Positions 1 to 12,100 of a DNA stretch of 64,000 nucleotides are shown in pieces. Every line of letters starts with the position of its first letter. Positions within the stretch are counted from its first letter, which is position 1. Under the pieces are notes generated by a model, which worked only from the letters and a program-made list of their open reading frames with translations, did not search any database and was not told the DNA's origin. The translations under genes were made by a program, and so were the position numbers. Source of the DNA: Naegleria gruberi (lineage: Eukaryota); the NCBI GenBank assembly GCA_000004985.1, contig GG738931.1; one strand, 5' to 3'.

Positions 1-388
1 CCAAACCCAAACCCAAACCCAAACCCAAACCCAAACCCAAACCCAAACCCAAACCCAAACCCAAACCCAAACCCAAACCCAAACCCAAACCCAAACCCAA
101 ACCCAAACCCAAACCCAAACCCAAACCCAAACCCAAACCCAAACCCAAACCCAAACCCAAACCCAAACCCAAACCCAAACCCAAACCCAAACCCAAACCC
201 AAACCCAAACCCAAACCCAAACCCAAACCCAAACCCAAACCCAAACCCAAACCCAAACCCAAACCCAAACCCAAACCCAAACCCAAACCCAAACCCAAAC
301 CCAAACCCAAACCCAAACCCAAACCCAAACCCAAACCCAAACCCAAACCCAAACCCAAACCCAAACCCAAACCCAAACCCAAACCCAA
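1..388. repeat. Terminal tandem array of about 64 CCCAAA units (TTTGGG on the G-strand). This is a candidate telomere at the contig/chromosome end.
   Basis: Perfect hexamer periodicity from base 1 to ~388. The C-rich strand reads 5'->3' on the + strand, as expected at a left chromosome end. Confidence 0.8.
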
Positions 389-961
389 CCTCCACCATTA
401 TAATAACTTCCAAATAAATATTATTCCAATTCCGAAACATCTTCTAAATAATTCCAATCAATATATATTTTTAAAATTATTATGAAACAACTCCTGATGA
501 TATGATGATATGATACGATGATACGATGATATGATGAGATGATTGAATGAGGAAGAGAAAGAGAAGACATCACATTTTTTTTGTATGTTACTTTTCCGTC
601 TCACAATTATCTATTCTATTTTTAAATTTTTCGGTTTGAAAATTATCATTGAAGATGAAATTTTGCAAATATTTAGAAACCTTCCTTCTTGATAATTACT
701 TAGTCGATCAAGGAGGAACAACGTTCTTTATCCATCATTTGGTCTGTTCCCCGATTTTAAATTATAAAATTTTCATTTTTACTCGCTTTTCTAACTTTCA
801 ATATTTGTCTTTCAAACCTGTGCCTTATTGTTCGATGAATATTTGATTTAAAGATGTCATCCTTTCAGGGTAGCTCCTCCTAAATATATAGAACAAGTTT
901 GTAAGATATCATAATGAATGGTTAAGTAGTTTTTCATTGAATAATCAAAGAGTATGTATTT

Positions 962-976
962 CCAAACCCAAACCTT
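962..976. repeat. Short interstitial telomere-like CCAAACCCAAACC tract.
   Basis: About 2.5 telomere units sit immediately 5' of the dispersed repeat. Confidence 0.5.
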
Positions 977-980
977 GAAC

Positions 981-1090
981 AATATTAAATTTCACTAAAA
1001 TATTAATATTATCAGATTTCCACAAATATTACTATTATAATGATGATAAATAACAATGATGATGGTTGGTAGTTGTTCCGATGTGATGGA
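981..1090 (+). repeat. Dispersed ~110-bp repeat, copy A. Copy B is at 54744-54856.
   Basis: About 95% identity over ~110 bp with 54744-54856 (aatattaaatttcactaaaatatta...gatgatggttggtagttgtt). Both copies lie 5' of +-strand F-box/LRR genes. Confidence 0.6.
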
Positions 1091-1108
1091 ACACGGTAGT
1101 ATCTGGAA

Positions 1109-1564
1109 TTGAAAAAAATGACTCAAGTTAAAGGTTTGTGTGATGATCAAAGTTTGCTAATGATTGTAATAGAAATATTTTCTGATGATGTAATTTATGA
1201 AATTATTTCCTATTTATGTGATGATTGGAAATTCGTATTATTAAATTGCGTAATGGTAACAAAACAATGGTTGAACGTCATCCGAGATCGATCCGAGCTT
1301 TCAATGATGGCGAATAATCATTTGGTCAATCAAGTAAATAATGAATTTTTGGATTGTTTTGTATCAATAACATTTGCACGCAATATTTTAAATGACAATT
1401 GGTTTAACATGTTAGGACGTATGACTCAATTGACCACTTTGGAAATTGGAAATAATCTAATTGATGACAATATGGTTAAATTAATTAGTGAAATGAAACA
1501 GTTGACAGGCCTTGATTTGGAAATCAATCAAATCTTCAATGAAGGAGCCAAATCCATCAGTGAA
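1109..1564 (+). CDS. F-box-like/LRR protein of the RNI-like family B. It is a 3'-truncated fragment that stops at the gap and the interstitial telomere array.
   Basis: ATG at 1109. F-box-like motif IFSDDVIYEIISYL...VTKQWLNVI, then LRR units (LTTLEIGNNLIDDNMVKLISEMKQLTGLDL). It is a paralog of the 28351-29335 gene. The tracked ORF continues into N's and CCCAAA, which is an artifact. Confidence 0.6.
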
Positions 1565-1614
1565 NNNNNNNNNNNNNNNNNNNNNNNNNNNNNNNNNNNN
1601 NNNNNNNNNNNNNN
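1565..1614. other. Assembly gap (50 N).
   Basis: Run of n. Confidence 0.95.
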
Positions 1615-1865
1615 AACCCAACCCAAACCCAAACCCAAACCCAAACCCAACCCAAACCCAAACCCAAACCCAAACCCAAACCCAAACCCAAACCCAAACC
1701 CAAACCCAAACCCAAACCCAAACCCAAACCCAAACCCAAACCCAAACCCAAACCCAAACCCAAACCCAAACCCAAACCCAAACCCAAACCCAAACCCAAA
1801 CCCAAACCCAAACCCAAACCCAAACCCAAACCCAAACCCAAACCCAAACCCAAACCCAAACCCAA
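1615..1865. repeat. Interstitial (CCCAAA)n telomere-repeat array, about 42 units.
   Basis: Same hexamer as 1-388 with a few variant units (AACCCA). Confidence 0.8.
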
Positions 1866-1921
1866 GCCTAAAAACCCAAGCCTAAAAACCCAAGCCTAAA
1901 AACCCAAGCCTAAAAATCTAA
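1866..1921. repeat. Four copies of a 14-bp CCCAAGCCTAAAAA telomere-associated satellite.
   Basis: Direct tandem repeats, with degenerate copies continuing to ~1990. Similar motifs recur at 5281-5310. Confidence 0.6.
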
Positions 1922-2525
1922 ACCTTTGAACCTAAAATTGAAATACCAGACCCAATGTTTCAAAGTTCAAACCCTAGCCCAAATTATTGAATATTATATC
2001 ATTCGATTGTAAATGATGAGTAGAACAATGTATTATATTTAGTTTTTCAATTTATAAAATATTAACTTTGTAAATAATGTCAGATTAAAAATTATAAAAT
2101 GAAACCATAGGAAGAATGATAATTTCAAAATCCTTTAATGAGATTATATAGTATATATCTTCACTAACAACATTCATAATCACTCTCATATGAAATTTCT
2201 AAACTTCATGTCTGTAGGTATAAAAGTATCAAGTGAAAAGGGAAGATGTGAGGTAAAAGAGGTCAACAATAACTTTTGAGTTTCTCATCAAAACATATTG
2301 AATCCTAATATGAAAATGTTCCATTTGATTATTAAACATCGAATATCAAATTTATTTTAACTTTCATATTTAAAGATTTCTTCCCTCAACCACACATGGT
2401 CAACTATGATGAAAAGGTGGAAATCTTGATAAAGGACCACCTATTGAAACTTTACCAAAATGATTTATATGATCTATAGTGATATAGAATTCAATTTCAT
2501 ATCATAAGAATTAGAAATGGTACCA

Positions 2526-5162
2526 NNNNNNNNNNNNNNNNNNNNNNNNNNNNNNNNNNNNNNNNNNNNNNNNNNNNNNNNNNNNNNNNNNNNNNNNNNN
2601 NNNNNNNNNNNNNNNNNNNNNNNNNNNNNNNNNNNNNNNNNNNNNNNNNNNNNNNNNNNNNNNNNNNNNNNNNNNNNNNNNNNNNNNNNNNNNNNNNNNN
2701 NNNNNNNNNNNNNNNNNNNNNNNNNNNNNNNNNNNNNNNNNNNNNNNNNNNNNNNNNNNNNNNNNNNNNNNNNNNNNNNNNNNNNNNNNNNNNNNNNNNN
2801 NNNNNNNNNNNNNNNNNNNNNNNNNNNNNNNNNNNNNNNNNNNNNNNNNNNNNNNNNNNNNNNNNNNNNNNNNNNNNNNNNNNNNNNNNNNNNNNNNNNN
2901 NNNNNNNNNNNNNNNNNNNNNNNNNNNNNNNNNNNNNNNNNNNNNNNNNNNNNNNNNNNNNNNNNNNNNNNNNNNNNNNNNNNNNNNNNNNNNNNNNNNN
3001 NNNNNNNNNNNNNNNNNNNNNNNNNNNNNNNNNNNNNNNNNNNNNNNNNNNNNNNNNNNNNNNNNNNNNNNNNNNNNNNNNNNNNNNNNNNNNNNNNNNN
3101 NNNNNNNNNNNNNNNNNNNNNNNNNNNNNNNNNNNNNNNNNNNNNNNNNNNNNNNNNNNNNNNNNNNNNNNNNNNNNNNNNNNNNNNNNNNNNNNNNNNN
3201 NNNNNNNNNNNNNNNNNNNNNNNNNNNNNNNNNNNNNNNNNNNNNNNNNNNNNNNNNNNNNNNNNNNNNNNNNNNNNNNNNNNNNNNNNNNNNNNNNNNN
3301 NNNNNNNNNNNNNNNNNNNNNNNNNNNNNNNNNNNNNNNNNNNNNNNNNNNNNNNNNNNNNNNNNNNNNNNNNNNNNNNNNNNNNNNNNNNNNNNNNNNN
3401 NNNNNNNNNNNNNNNNNNNNNNNNNNNNNNNNNNNNNNNNNNNNNNNNNNNNNNNNNNNNNNNNNNNNNNNNNNNNNNNNNNNNNNNNNNNNNNNNNNNN
3501 NNNNNNNNNNNNNNNNNNNNNNNNNNNNNNNNNNNNNNNNNNNNNNNNNNNNNNNNNNNNNNNNNNNNNNNNNNNNNNNNNNNNNNNNNNNNNNNNNNNN
3601 NNNNNNNNNNNNNNNNNNNNNNNNNNNNNNNNNNNNNNNNNNNNNNNNNNNNNNNNNNNNNNNNNNNNNNNNNNNNNNNNNNNNNNNNNNNNNNNNNNNN
3701 NNNNNNNNNNNNNNNNNNNNNNNNNNNNNNNNNNNNNNNNNNNNNNNNNNNNNNNNNNNNNNNNNNNNNNNNNNNNNNNNNNNNNNNNNNNNNNNNNNNN
3801 NNNNNNNNNNNNNNNNNNNNNNNNNNNNNNNNNNNNNNNNNNNNNNNNNNNNNNNNNNNNNNNNNNNNNNNNNNNNNNNNNNNNNNNNNNNNNNNNNNNN
3901 NNNNNNNNNNNNNNNNNNNNNNNNNNNNNNNNNNNNNNNNNNNNNNNNNNNNNNNNNNNNNNNNNNNNNNNNNNNNNNNNNNNNNNNNNNNNNNNNNNNN
4001 NNNNNNNNNNNNNNNNNNNNNNNNNNNNNNNNNNNNNNNNNNNNNNNNNNNNNNNNNNNNNNNNNNNNNNNNNNNNNNNNNNNNNNNNNNNNNNNNNNNN
4101 NNNNNNNNNNNNNNNNNNNNNNNNNNNNNNNNNNNNNNNNNNNNNNNNNNNNNNNNNNNNNNNNNNNNNNNNNNNNNNNNNNNNNNNNNNNNNNNNNNNN
4201 NNNNNNNNNNNNNNNNNNNNNNNNNNNNNNNNNNNNNNNNNNNNNNNNNNNNNNNNNNNNNNNNNNNNNNNNNNNNNNNNNNNNNNNNNNNNNNNNNNNN
4301 NNNNNNNNNNNNNNNNNNNNNNNNNNNNNNNNNNNNNNNNNNNNNNNNNNNNNNNNNNNNNNNNNNNNNNNNNNNNNNNNNNNNNNNNNNNNNNNNNNNN
4401 NNNNNNNNNNNNNNNNNNNNNNNNNNNNNNNNNNNNNNNNNNNNNNNNNNNNNNNNNNNNNNNNNNNNNNNNNNNNNNNNNNNNNNNNNNNNNNNNNNNN
4501 NNNNNNNNNNNNNNNNNNNNNNNNNNNNNNNNNNNNNNNNNNNNNNNNNNNNNNNNNNNNNNNNNNNNNNNNNNNNNNNNNNNNNNNNNNNNNNNNNNNN
4601 NNNNNNNNNNNNNNNNNNNNNNNNNNNNNNNNNNNNNNNNNNNNNNNNNNNNNNNNNNNNNNNNNNNNNNNNNNNNNNNNNNNNNNNNNNNNNNNNNNNN
4701 NNNNNNNNNNNNNNNNNNNNNNNNNNNNNNNNNNNNNNNNNNNNNNNNNNNNNNNNNNNNNNNNNNNNNNNNNNNNNNNNNNNNNNNNNNNNNNNNNNNN
4801 NNNNNNNNNNNNNNNNNNNNNNNNNNNNNNNNNNNNNNNNNNNNNNNNNNNNNNNNNNNNNNNNNNNNNNNNNNNNNNNNNNNNNNNNNNNNNNNNNNNN
4901 NNNNNNNNNNNNNNNNNNNNNNNNNNNNNNNNNNNNNNNNNNNNNNNNNNNNNNNNNNNNNNNNNNNNNNNNNNNNNNNNNNNNNNNNNNNNNNNNNNNN
5001 NNNNNNNNNNNNNNNNNNNNNNNNNNNNNNNNNNNNNNNNNNNNNNNNNNNNNNNNNNNNNNNNNNNNNNNNNNNNNNNNNNNNNNNNNNNNNNNNNNNN
5101 NNNNNNNNNNNNNNNNNNNNNNNNNNNNNNNNNNNNNNNNNNNNNNNNNNNNNNNNNNNNNN
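2526..5162. other. Assembly gap (2637 N).
   Basis: Run of n. ORFs called across it are artifacts. Confidence 0.95.
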
Positions 5163-7606
5163 CACCCAATCCATATAATAATTGAACACAATATTTAACG
5201 TAGATAAAATCGATTTACTTTGAAAAGTAATTTTAAAAATTATACGCCAAAATAGAGCAGCTTTCTTGTAGTGTTGAATTTATTTGTCCGAAAACCCAAG
5301 AATCTAAACCTAAAAACCTATGCTAATTGAATATTCAATCTCATACCGGAAAAGATTCTTATTTGCGGAAAAAGATTCGAATCTTAGCGAATCTTCAATC
5401 AATTTCGAATGGAAACTGAATCTAAGAATCCAAGAATATCGAAATCTTTACCACTTTCCAAATAACAACGCAAACAACAAATACACCAAATCTCGATATC
5501 TAGATAGAAAGTATTTACTTTTTTTAAAACTTTACTGAAAAACCTTTCCAAAAGCCCAAGATTCACTTAAAGACTCTATATTAGATCATAAAGACCATGG
5601 TGCCACCGAAGTAACAAATCAAAACAACTCTAATCCATACCCAACCAACCTTTTATATTCATGATTTCAACTCTAACATGCCATCTGATAAACTATGGAC
5701 ACGGATGAATTTCTGGAAAATGACCACCCTATGAAACATTACCATCATGTTCCACATCTCAAATAATGTATATAATTCAGTTTTTAGACGTTTTGGTGAA
5801 CATTCCATCTTTCAGTAAGGTAAAGAGTGATTTATCAAGGTTGACTTAGGAAATCTTGAATATAGAAAACCATATCCTCAATCAACAAAATACATATCAA
5901 TCGATTGGAAATCATTAGTACATCTCGAAAATATCATTTATTTTATGTTTTGAAATCTCTCCTTTACCTCTTTTGGTCAATTAAGACAATTAAGGATGAG
6001 AATATAGGAAAAATTACCAATCTCAAAATAATTGATAATATCGAGTTCTACATCTCAAATAAAGTGGACTTTCATCAAATTATATGTTTTCATTTCAAGA
6101 AATGCATTCAGTAGATAGTACATGGTGATATTTCAAGAGAATGGAAATCTGAAGGATACAGAAACAACTCCATTTTCACTGAAATTGATATCATGGTATG
6201 CAGACACTCCAATTAGTATGTGGTATCAATTTCATGAATATTGGTTCAGTAGATGTCGAGATGTCAACTCTATCAATTTACTATAGATATTTGACATGAT
6301 ATCATAGATTATACTCCAACTCACTCATTTTACATATAACAAGTCTAGAATTGATACCACATAGTCTATATATCAATTAAATACATCTACAATAGTTTAG
6401 AAACATTTCAAACTACTTTCATAAAACTANNNNNNNNNNNNNNNNNNNNNNNNNNNNNNNNNNNNNNNNNNNNNNNNNNAGTTGAACACCATCGATAGCA
6501 AATCATCTCTAGTATGACATATATTTTTTATTGATCAATTTCTGATCATTCTTTTACCTTTCCCTAGGAATAGTAAAATCGCAATATATTGAGTGAGGAA
6601 TTGCTGATTATCTCAATAATTAGATAAGAAACCATACACAATCTATAGCCCACTGGATAGCTGAGATTGTAACCTATTTAATGATGTATATCATTGATTA
6701 TGTATTTCAATAATAATGAAGATCCAATGAGTACGAAACGATAACCAACCTCTCAGGTCTTTACGATACAAGAGACGTTAATAAATATTACAATTTACAT
6801 GTTACTTATTCATATTGCATGCAAATCAACCTGATTCAATCTACAAAGGTTGGTAGTTGCACCACTTCGTGGCGAAACTACCCATCCACGATGAATCAAC
6901 ATTAGATTCACTTCCATTCAACTCAATTTGACCGTTATAATCAATAAATCAATGAAATGTTTCTTTATTAGCAAACCCTATTCAATCTAATGAGTAGATT
7001 CACGTCCCAAACATTTGACTTCTAAAAGTCCATAATTCAAAAGTTAGTACTGACCTGACCTTTAAATATCTATCAATACAAGAAATGAAACCATCAAATT
7101 TACATCATTAATAGATGATAAGAAATATAATCAATGATATAAATCTTCACTAAGTAATCTCTTAAATAACCCAAATAAATCAACTCTGAATACTAAGTAC
7201 ATTATTTGGAAGAGCCACATAGATTTTGGATACTATCTGAACTGAAATGAGGTAGAAAGAGTACAATCTTCAACACCAAACAATTTATGTCTTATTAATA
7301 TTGTTCCAAGTGCGATAATTAGGACACAACATGAAATTTTACAAAATACCAATTATAATTTCGAATTAGTTGGTGAAATACGTAAAAATAATGCTAATGT
7401 TGCATATATTTGCTTCGGATTCTGAATTATTGATTTTAAAATCCGGGGAAATAAAGAAGGCCGAAAGCAAAATATCTAATATTGAAATAGAGGAACCATT
7501 CGATGGAACTACCACTTTACTATCAAAATGTTATGAAAATTAAGAGTATCATTCAGTTGATGCTTCTTCATCATATAATTTTCAATTTCCATTCATCATT
7601 CAGAAT

Positions 7607-9019
7607 TTAAACAATTTGATTGTACATAAAGTTTCCTTTCTCTTCTGCCTTAACAGCTCCATCCATTCTATCCACATAATAAATTCTATCCAATGGCTGT
7701 TCATCCCATTTTGCATAATGTGTCAGGTAATGGTCCCATCTTCCAGCATTTCCTCCATTCACACCTTCATTTGCAATGGTTCTTACACGAGGAGAACAAG
7801 GCACAAGAGTGTATCGTTGTTCACTTACTCTCAGTTGACTCATTCCATAATCATAAATTCTACCATTGACCTTCCATTGACTGTAATATTCCATAAATAT
7901 TTCCCTGGTAATTCCACTTCCCCATCCAGGAAAATAATCCTCCTCGACCAATTGATGCACTGAATGAATTCCACACTTTGAGGACTTGTCATTTTTCAAT
8001 TTATCAACTAGGAAATGACAATCAACAGTTGAACCTTGAGTAAATGCAGTAATTGCAAATATTTTCTTGCTATCATAATAATTAGCTTCCTTTCCATACA
8101 CCAAATGATACAAACTGTAATGATATCTGTAAAAATCAGGACTTGCTTCCAAATCATCTTCCAATGTAATCACATATGGATAATCAAGTTTTTGAGTTAA
8201 CATGTACATTCCATAAATGTAATGTGAATTCAAAATTAGTCCAATATCTTGTTTTAATTTATCCATTCCTAAACTTCTCATATCTGTCAAGTATGGGTGG
8301 AAATAAACTTTGATTTTCACACAAGTAACTTTAACTAATTCTTCCAAAACTTCATCAAAATCTCCACCATCAATTGTGACATAGAGAATTGTATCAGAAA
8401 TGTCATCAATTTGACAGATGGCAGCTAGTGAAATATCCAAAGGACTTCTTCTCTTGAATGCTTTCAACCAAATAGGTAAATGCCCCTCCTTTGGTGTCAA
8501 ATGTCCATTCAAAGTAAATCCCAAATTATTCAGCTTTAGTTTTTCAGTATTTAATTCTTCTCCGTCTAAACCTCTGGAAATTCCTTTCCAATATTTTCCA
8601 TTATTTTCCAGCCATTTAATGAAATTGGTTTCGTGAGCAAAAGTAGATGGTGAGAAATTAGGCCAAGGATCACTTTCGTCTCGTTTCTTCCTAGGCGAAA
8701 CTCTATTATAAAGAGTTCCTTCACATTGCTGGGATTGAAGAGTATACATTTGAAGAGGAGGAATAACTGCAAGTGGTTTAATATTTACTAACGAGACATG
8801 TTTCGGTAATTTATCATGGAAAGGTTTCGTATTAGATTCTTCTAATTGACGACGAGTGGCATGTTGATGCTGATGGTTATGTGTTAGAAAGACAGAAAGT
8901 ATGTAATAAAGAATGGCTGCACCTCCGATAAAGATGAATAAACGTTTCAGCGTTATCTTGCTTCGTAGCATTTCGAATATTTTTTTTTGAAAGGTTTCTG
9001 AGAATCCTTTCCACCACAT
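7607..9019 (-). CDS. GT13-family N-acetylglucosaminyltransferase I-like (MGAT1-like), type II membrane glycosyltransferase.
   Basis: 470-aa single ORF. N-terminal signal-anchor (LFIFIGGAAILYYILSVFL). The motif ITLEDDLEASPDFYRYH matches the GnT-I EDDLEVAPDFFEYF signature. Confidence 0.6.
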   Translation of the reverse strand: MWWKGFSETFQKKIFEMLRSKITLKRLFIFIGGAAILYYILSVFLTHNHQHQHATRRQLEESNTKPFHDKLPKHVSLVNIKPLAVIPPLQMYTLQSQQCEGTLYNRVSPRKKRDESDPWPNFSPSTFAHETNFIKWLENNGKYWKGISRGLDGEELNTEKLKLNNLGFTLNGHLTPKEGHLPIWLKAFKRRSPLDISLAAICQIDDISDTILYVTIDGGDFDEVLEELVKVTCVKIKVYFHPYLTDMRSLGMDKLKQDIGLILNSHYIYGMYMLTQKLDYPYVITLEDDLEASPDFYRYHYSLYHLVYGKEANYYDSKKIFAITAFTQGSTVDCHFLVDKLKNDKSSKCGIHSVHQLVEEDYFPGWGSGITREIFMEYYSQWKVNGRIYDYGMSQLRVSEQRYTLVPCSPRVRTIANEGVNGGNAGRWDHYLTHYAKWDEQPLDRIYYVDRMDGAVKAEEKGNFMYNQIV

Positions 9020-9114
9020 TCATGATATATATTTTAATAATTTTCAAAATAATTCAAAATAATTCACAATAATTGTAATTTATAATATTTCAAACTAATC
9101 CAAACTAATTCAAA

Positions 9115-12100
9115 CTAATCCAAGAAATGTGCAGGTGAATCTGACGTTGCTGACGAAAATATTCCACTCGGCACCTTACTCTCCACCACTCTCATCTCCT
9201 TCTCTACAGCCAAATGATTTCCACCAACCATCAATCTCTGCAAAACTCCATCAAACGGATACAAAAAATTATCTTTTTGCAAGTTTTTCACCTTTTCATT
9301 GATTTTCTTTTTGAAAATTTTCAATTTTTGTTCACCAATTTGTTTGTAGAGGATTAGTGAGAGAGTGTCCATGAAGCGATCGTAGAGTTCTTTTTGTTGG
9401 ATGGTTTTGAAGGTTGAGACTTTCCATTTGATTTGGAAATGGAGATGACAGAAGGCAACGAATAGACTTTCGAATATAGCATCCTTGAGGGAGGAATCTA
9501 CTGTTGAAGTGTTGATGAGAGATTCGGATTGTTCCAAAACTGAAAAGAGAGTTTCTTCTAATCTGACATTGAATATTAAGCAGGAATAGAGACGGCAATA
9601 AATTGCACAAATGATTACATCATAGTAGGTTTCGTCCTTTCCAGAATATTCATTTGAAAATGTAAGATTTTTGAGGTAATCCGTTGGTTTGGAGAGAATT
9701 TGGAACAACTTTGGAACTGGAAGGGATAACAAGGTGGAGAGGAATATTAATCCTTTTCCTTGAGATGTCACAAGTTTTCCACTATTGTCAGATGAAAAGC
9801 TCAGGAAATCCTTAGATGGAAAATGACATCCATAACAATTGGCAGCTGCTGATAATCCAACGACTAAATATTTAGCATCTCCCATTAGGGTTTTGAGTGT
9901 TCCTATCTTTCTTGGTTTGAAATTCAATTCTCCTAATGAAATATTTGAAGCAATGGTGGCATTGGAAAGTTGTTTCACAAATTCTTCACATTTTTGCTTG
10001 AAAATTTCTTCAGTTGGCTTGGAAAAGACGAAACTATCTGAAATGACATCATCCGGAATTGGAGTTTCAGTAGCTCCTGTCTTCATGTGTGATATGAATT
10101 CGTCAGTGGTCAATTCACCAATTAGAATCAAACCTCCATCAACTGAGCTTTTCAAAACTTGGACAATATCTTTAGGATTCATCAATTCAATTTGTTTTGG
10201 ATGTTTCATTGGAAAGACGATTGATTTTCCTTGATTTCCAATAATCCAACTATCTCTATGTCTATTCACTCCATCATCATTCAAATACGAAACTCCATTA
10301 TTGAGCTCAATATCCCAAACATTGGCACGCAATGATAATCCATCAAATATGGTCATATAGCAATTATATTCGGTTTGACTGATATGTAAATCTGTAAAGA
10401 ATAAAATATCGTATGGATTTTCCTCACCTTCCTTAATAGGAACATAACTTGGAGCAATACGAATGTCCATATTGTGTTTCTCAATATCATCTCCTTTGTA
10501 AACAAGAGTAACTGAAACTGAAACTCTTTCAAAATAGCTCACATGTTCAGAGATTGAAAATTCTACTTTCTGTTCAAATGTTGAAAGTGATGAAATGTTT
10601 GTCACATCAATAAATAGTGAACTGTTTTGCTTGTCCATGACACATGATGGAATTCCAAAATCACTGACTTGGATTTTAGGATCATAATTGAGTCTCAATC
10701 CAATCTTTGATCCATCTCCTCCCTTATCGAGACCTGACACATTTTTCACAATAATTGAAATGTTTCCTCTTCCTTTCTTATCCAAAACTCTTGTGGACGA
10801 AACGGATTGAATTTCAATTGGTAATTGAATAAACATGGAACCTTCCTTTCCAGAATGGTGTACTCTATCAAAATATTTGGTACATGTTGTAAAAGAGGCA
10901 GTATCTCTATATGAACCGTAATTCATAACTTGTGTTCTTGCTCTTTCAGCTATTTTCCCCTTAAATTCAAAATCCTTTACAGTAATTTCTTCATCTGGTG
11001 CCAAAGCTTGACCAAGTAAATAAACCATTCCGTTGGATGTGAAATTCTCTCCATTATTCACTTGGAAGACGGCTCCTGGTGGTGCAGTCAATCCTCCACT
11101 ATTTCTAATTTTGAATGATTTGATTAAAATTTCTTCACCTGGTTCAATAATTCCATCATCCACAACTGGAATAATCTTGAAATCAGACATGTAAATTTTG
11201 TACTTGATTGGAGATTGCTCTTTCACTAATCTGGTTTGTGGATCGAGAATTCGATATAAAATTGTTCCAGAACTTCCATCAACTCCTTTGTGACCATTAA
11301 ACCCACTTGTTCCATTTCCTCCTATACTTCCAGTTTTACCATTTAATCCTGATCTTCCTTGAATTCCTTTTTCGTATTTGATTTCTTCTTCAATTGGTGA
11401 ATTATCTTTCGGATTTATACTGACAATCTTTTTGGTTGATTCTCCAGGTTCTCCTCCTTCTCCACCAGATCTGTTTTCACTCATGTAAACAATTTTGAAT
11501 AATTAAACTAAAAAACTCACCCTCCAATGCCAAATCTTGATTATTGTCACATTAAGGTAATTATTAATGTGTCACAATAGAATACTTACTCTCCACCCAA
11601 TCCACCTTGTCCTGCCGATCCTGCAGAACCTCCCAAACCATATTTACCTCCACTACTCGTTGCAAAACAATAATCTAACAAGTATGGATTGATTGCATCA
11701 ATGTGAATTATTCCACCATTTCCTCCATTTCCACCTCTGAATTTTAATAATCCAAATGCAATGAATTGTGTCAACTTACCTTCCTCCGTAACCACCACAT
11801 CCACCATAACCTCCACTGTGTAAAATTTGTGTAAATTTTCTCAAGTAGATCAATAAAAAACTTACTCTCCTCCATCAGCACCACTTTTTTGAAATGATTA
11901 ATCAAAAATTTTCAAACATTTTACTTACTCTCCACCACTGATTCATCATTAGAATTTTGATCAACATCTTGTAAACTTACGATTTTCCTCTAAATTTAGT
12001 TTAGGATTTTGAATAATTAACAGTCAACTTACTCTTCACCATTGTGCCCTTTTGTTCCCTTCTTTCCCTTCCCGCCAATACCACCATTTCCTCCTCTAAA

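Noticed and set aside
1109-1885. The tracked ORF extends the F-box/LRR gene through the N-run and the CCCAAA array (…PKPKPNPNPNP…). The overlapping ORFs at 1512..1871 and 1557..1865 behave the same way.
   Set aside because: It translates a gap and a telomeric repeat. The real CDS stops at the gap at 1564.
2474-5198. Four ~900-aa ORFs consisting of X residues.
   Set aside because: Pure artifact of translating the 2637-N gap.
7616-7963. Numerous 60-130-aa ORFs antisense to or nested in long genes (e.g. 7616..7963, 9332..9610, 9839..10234, 33826..34160, 34438..35694, 42093..42801, 44055..45688, 56653..56940, 58101..58643).
   Set aside because: Each lies inside a much longer opposite-strand or alternate-frame ORF with clear domain content. 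Their low-complexity or Cys-codon mirror composition is typical of spurious overlaps.
11937-12032. Alternative 9-nt micro-exon AGGAAAATC (after tttag, before GTAAGT) inside the 95-nt intron of the collagen-like gene.
   Set aside because: Including it introduces a stop in the Gly-repeat frame. The downstream TGGTGGAGA micro-exon keeps the frame. Left as a possible alternative splice site.
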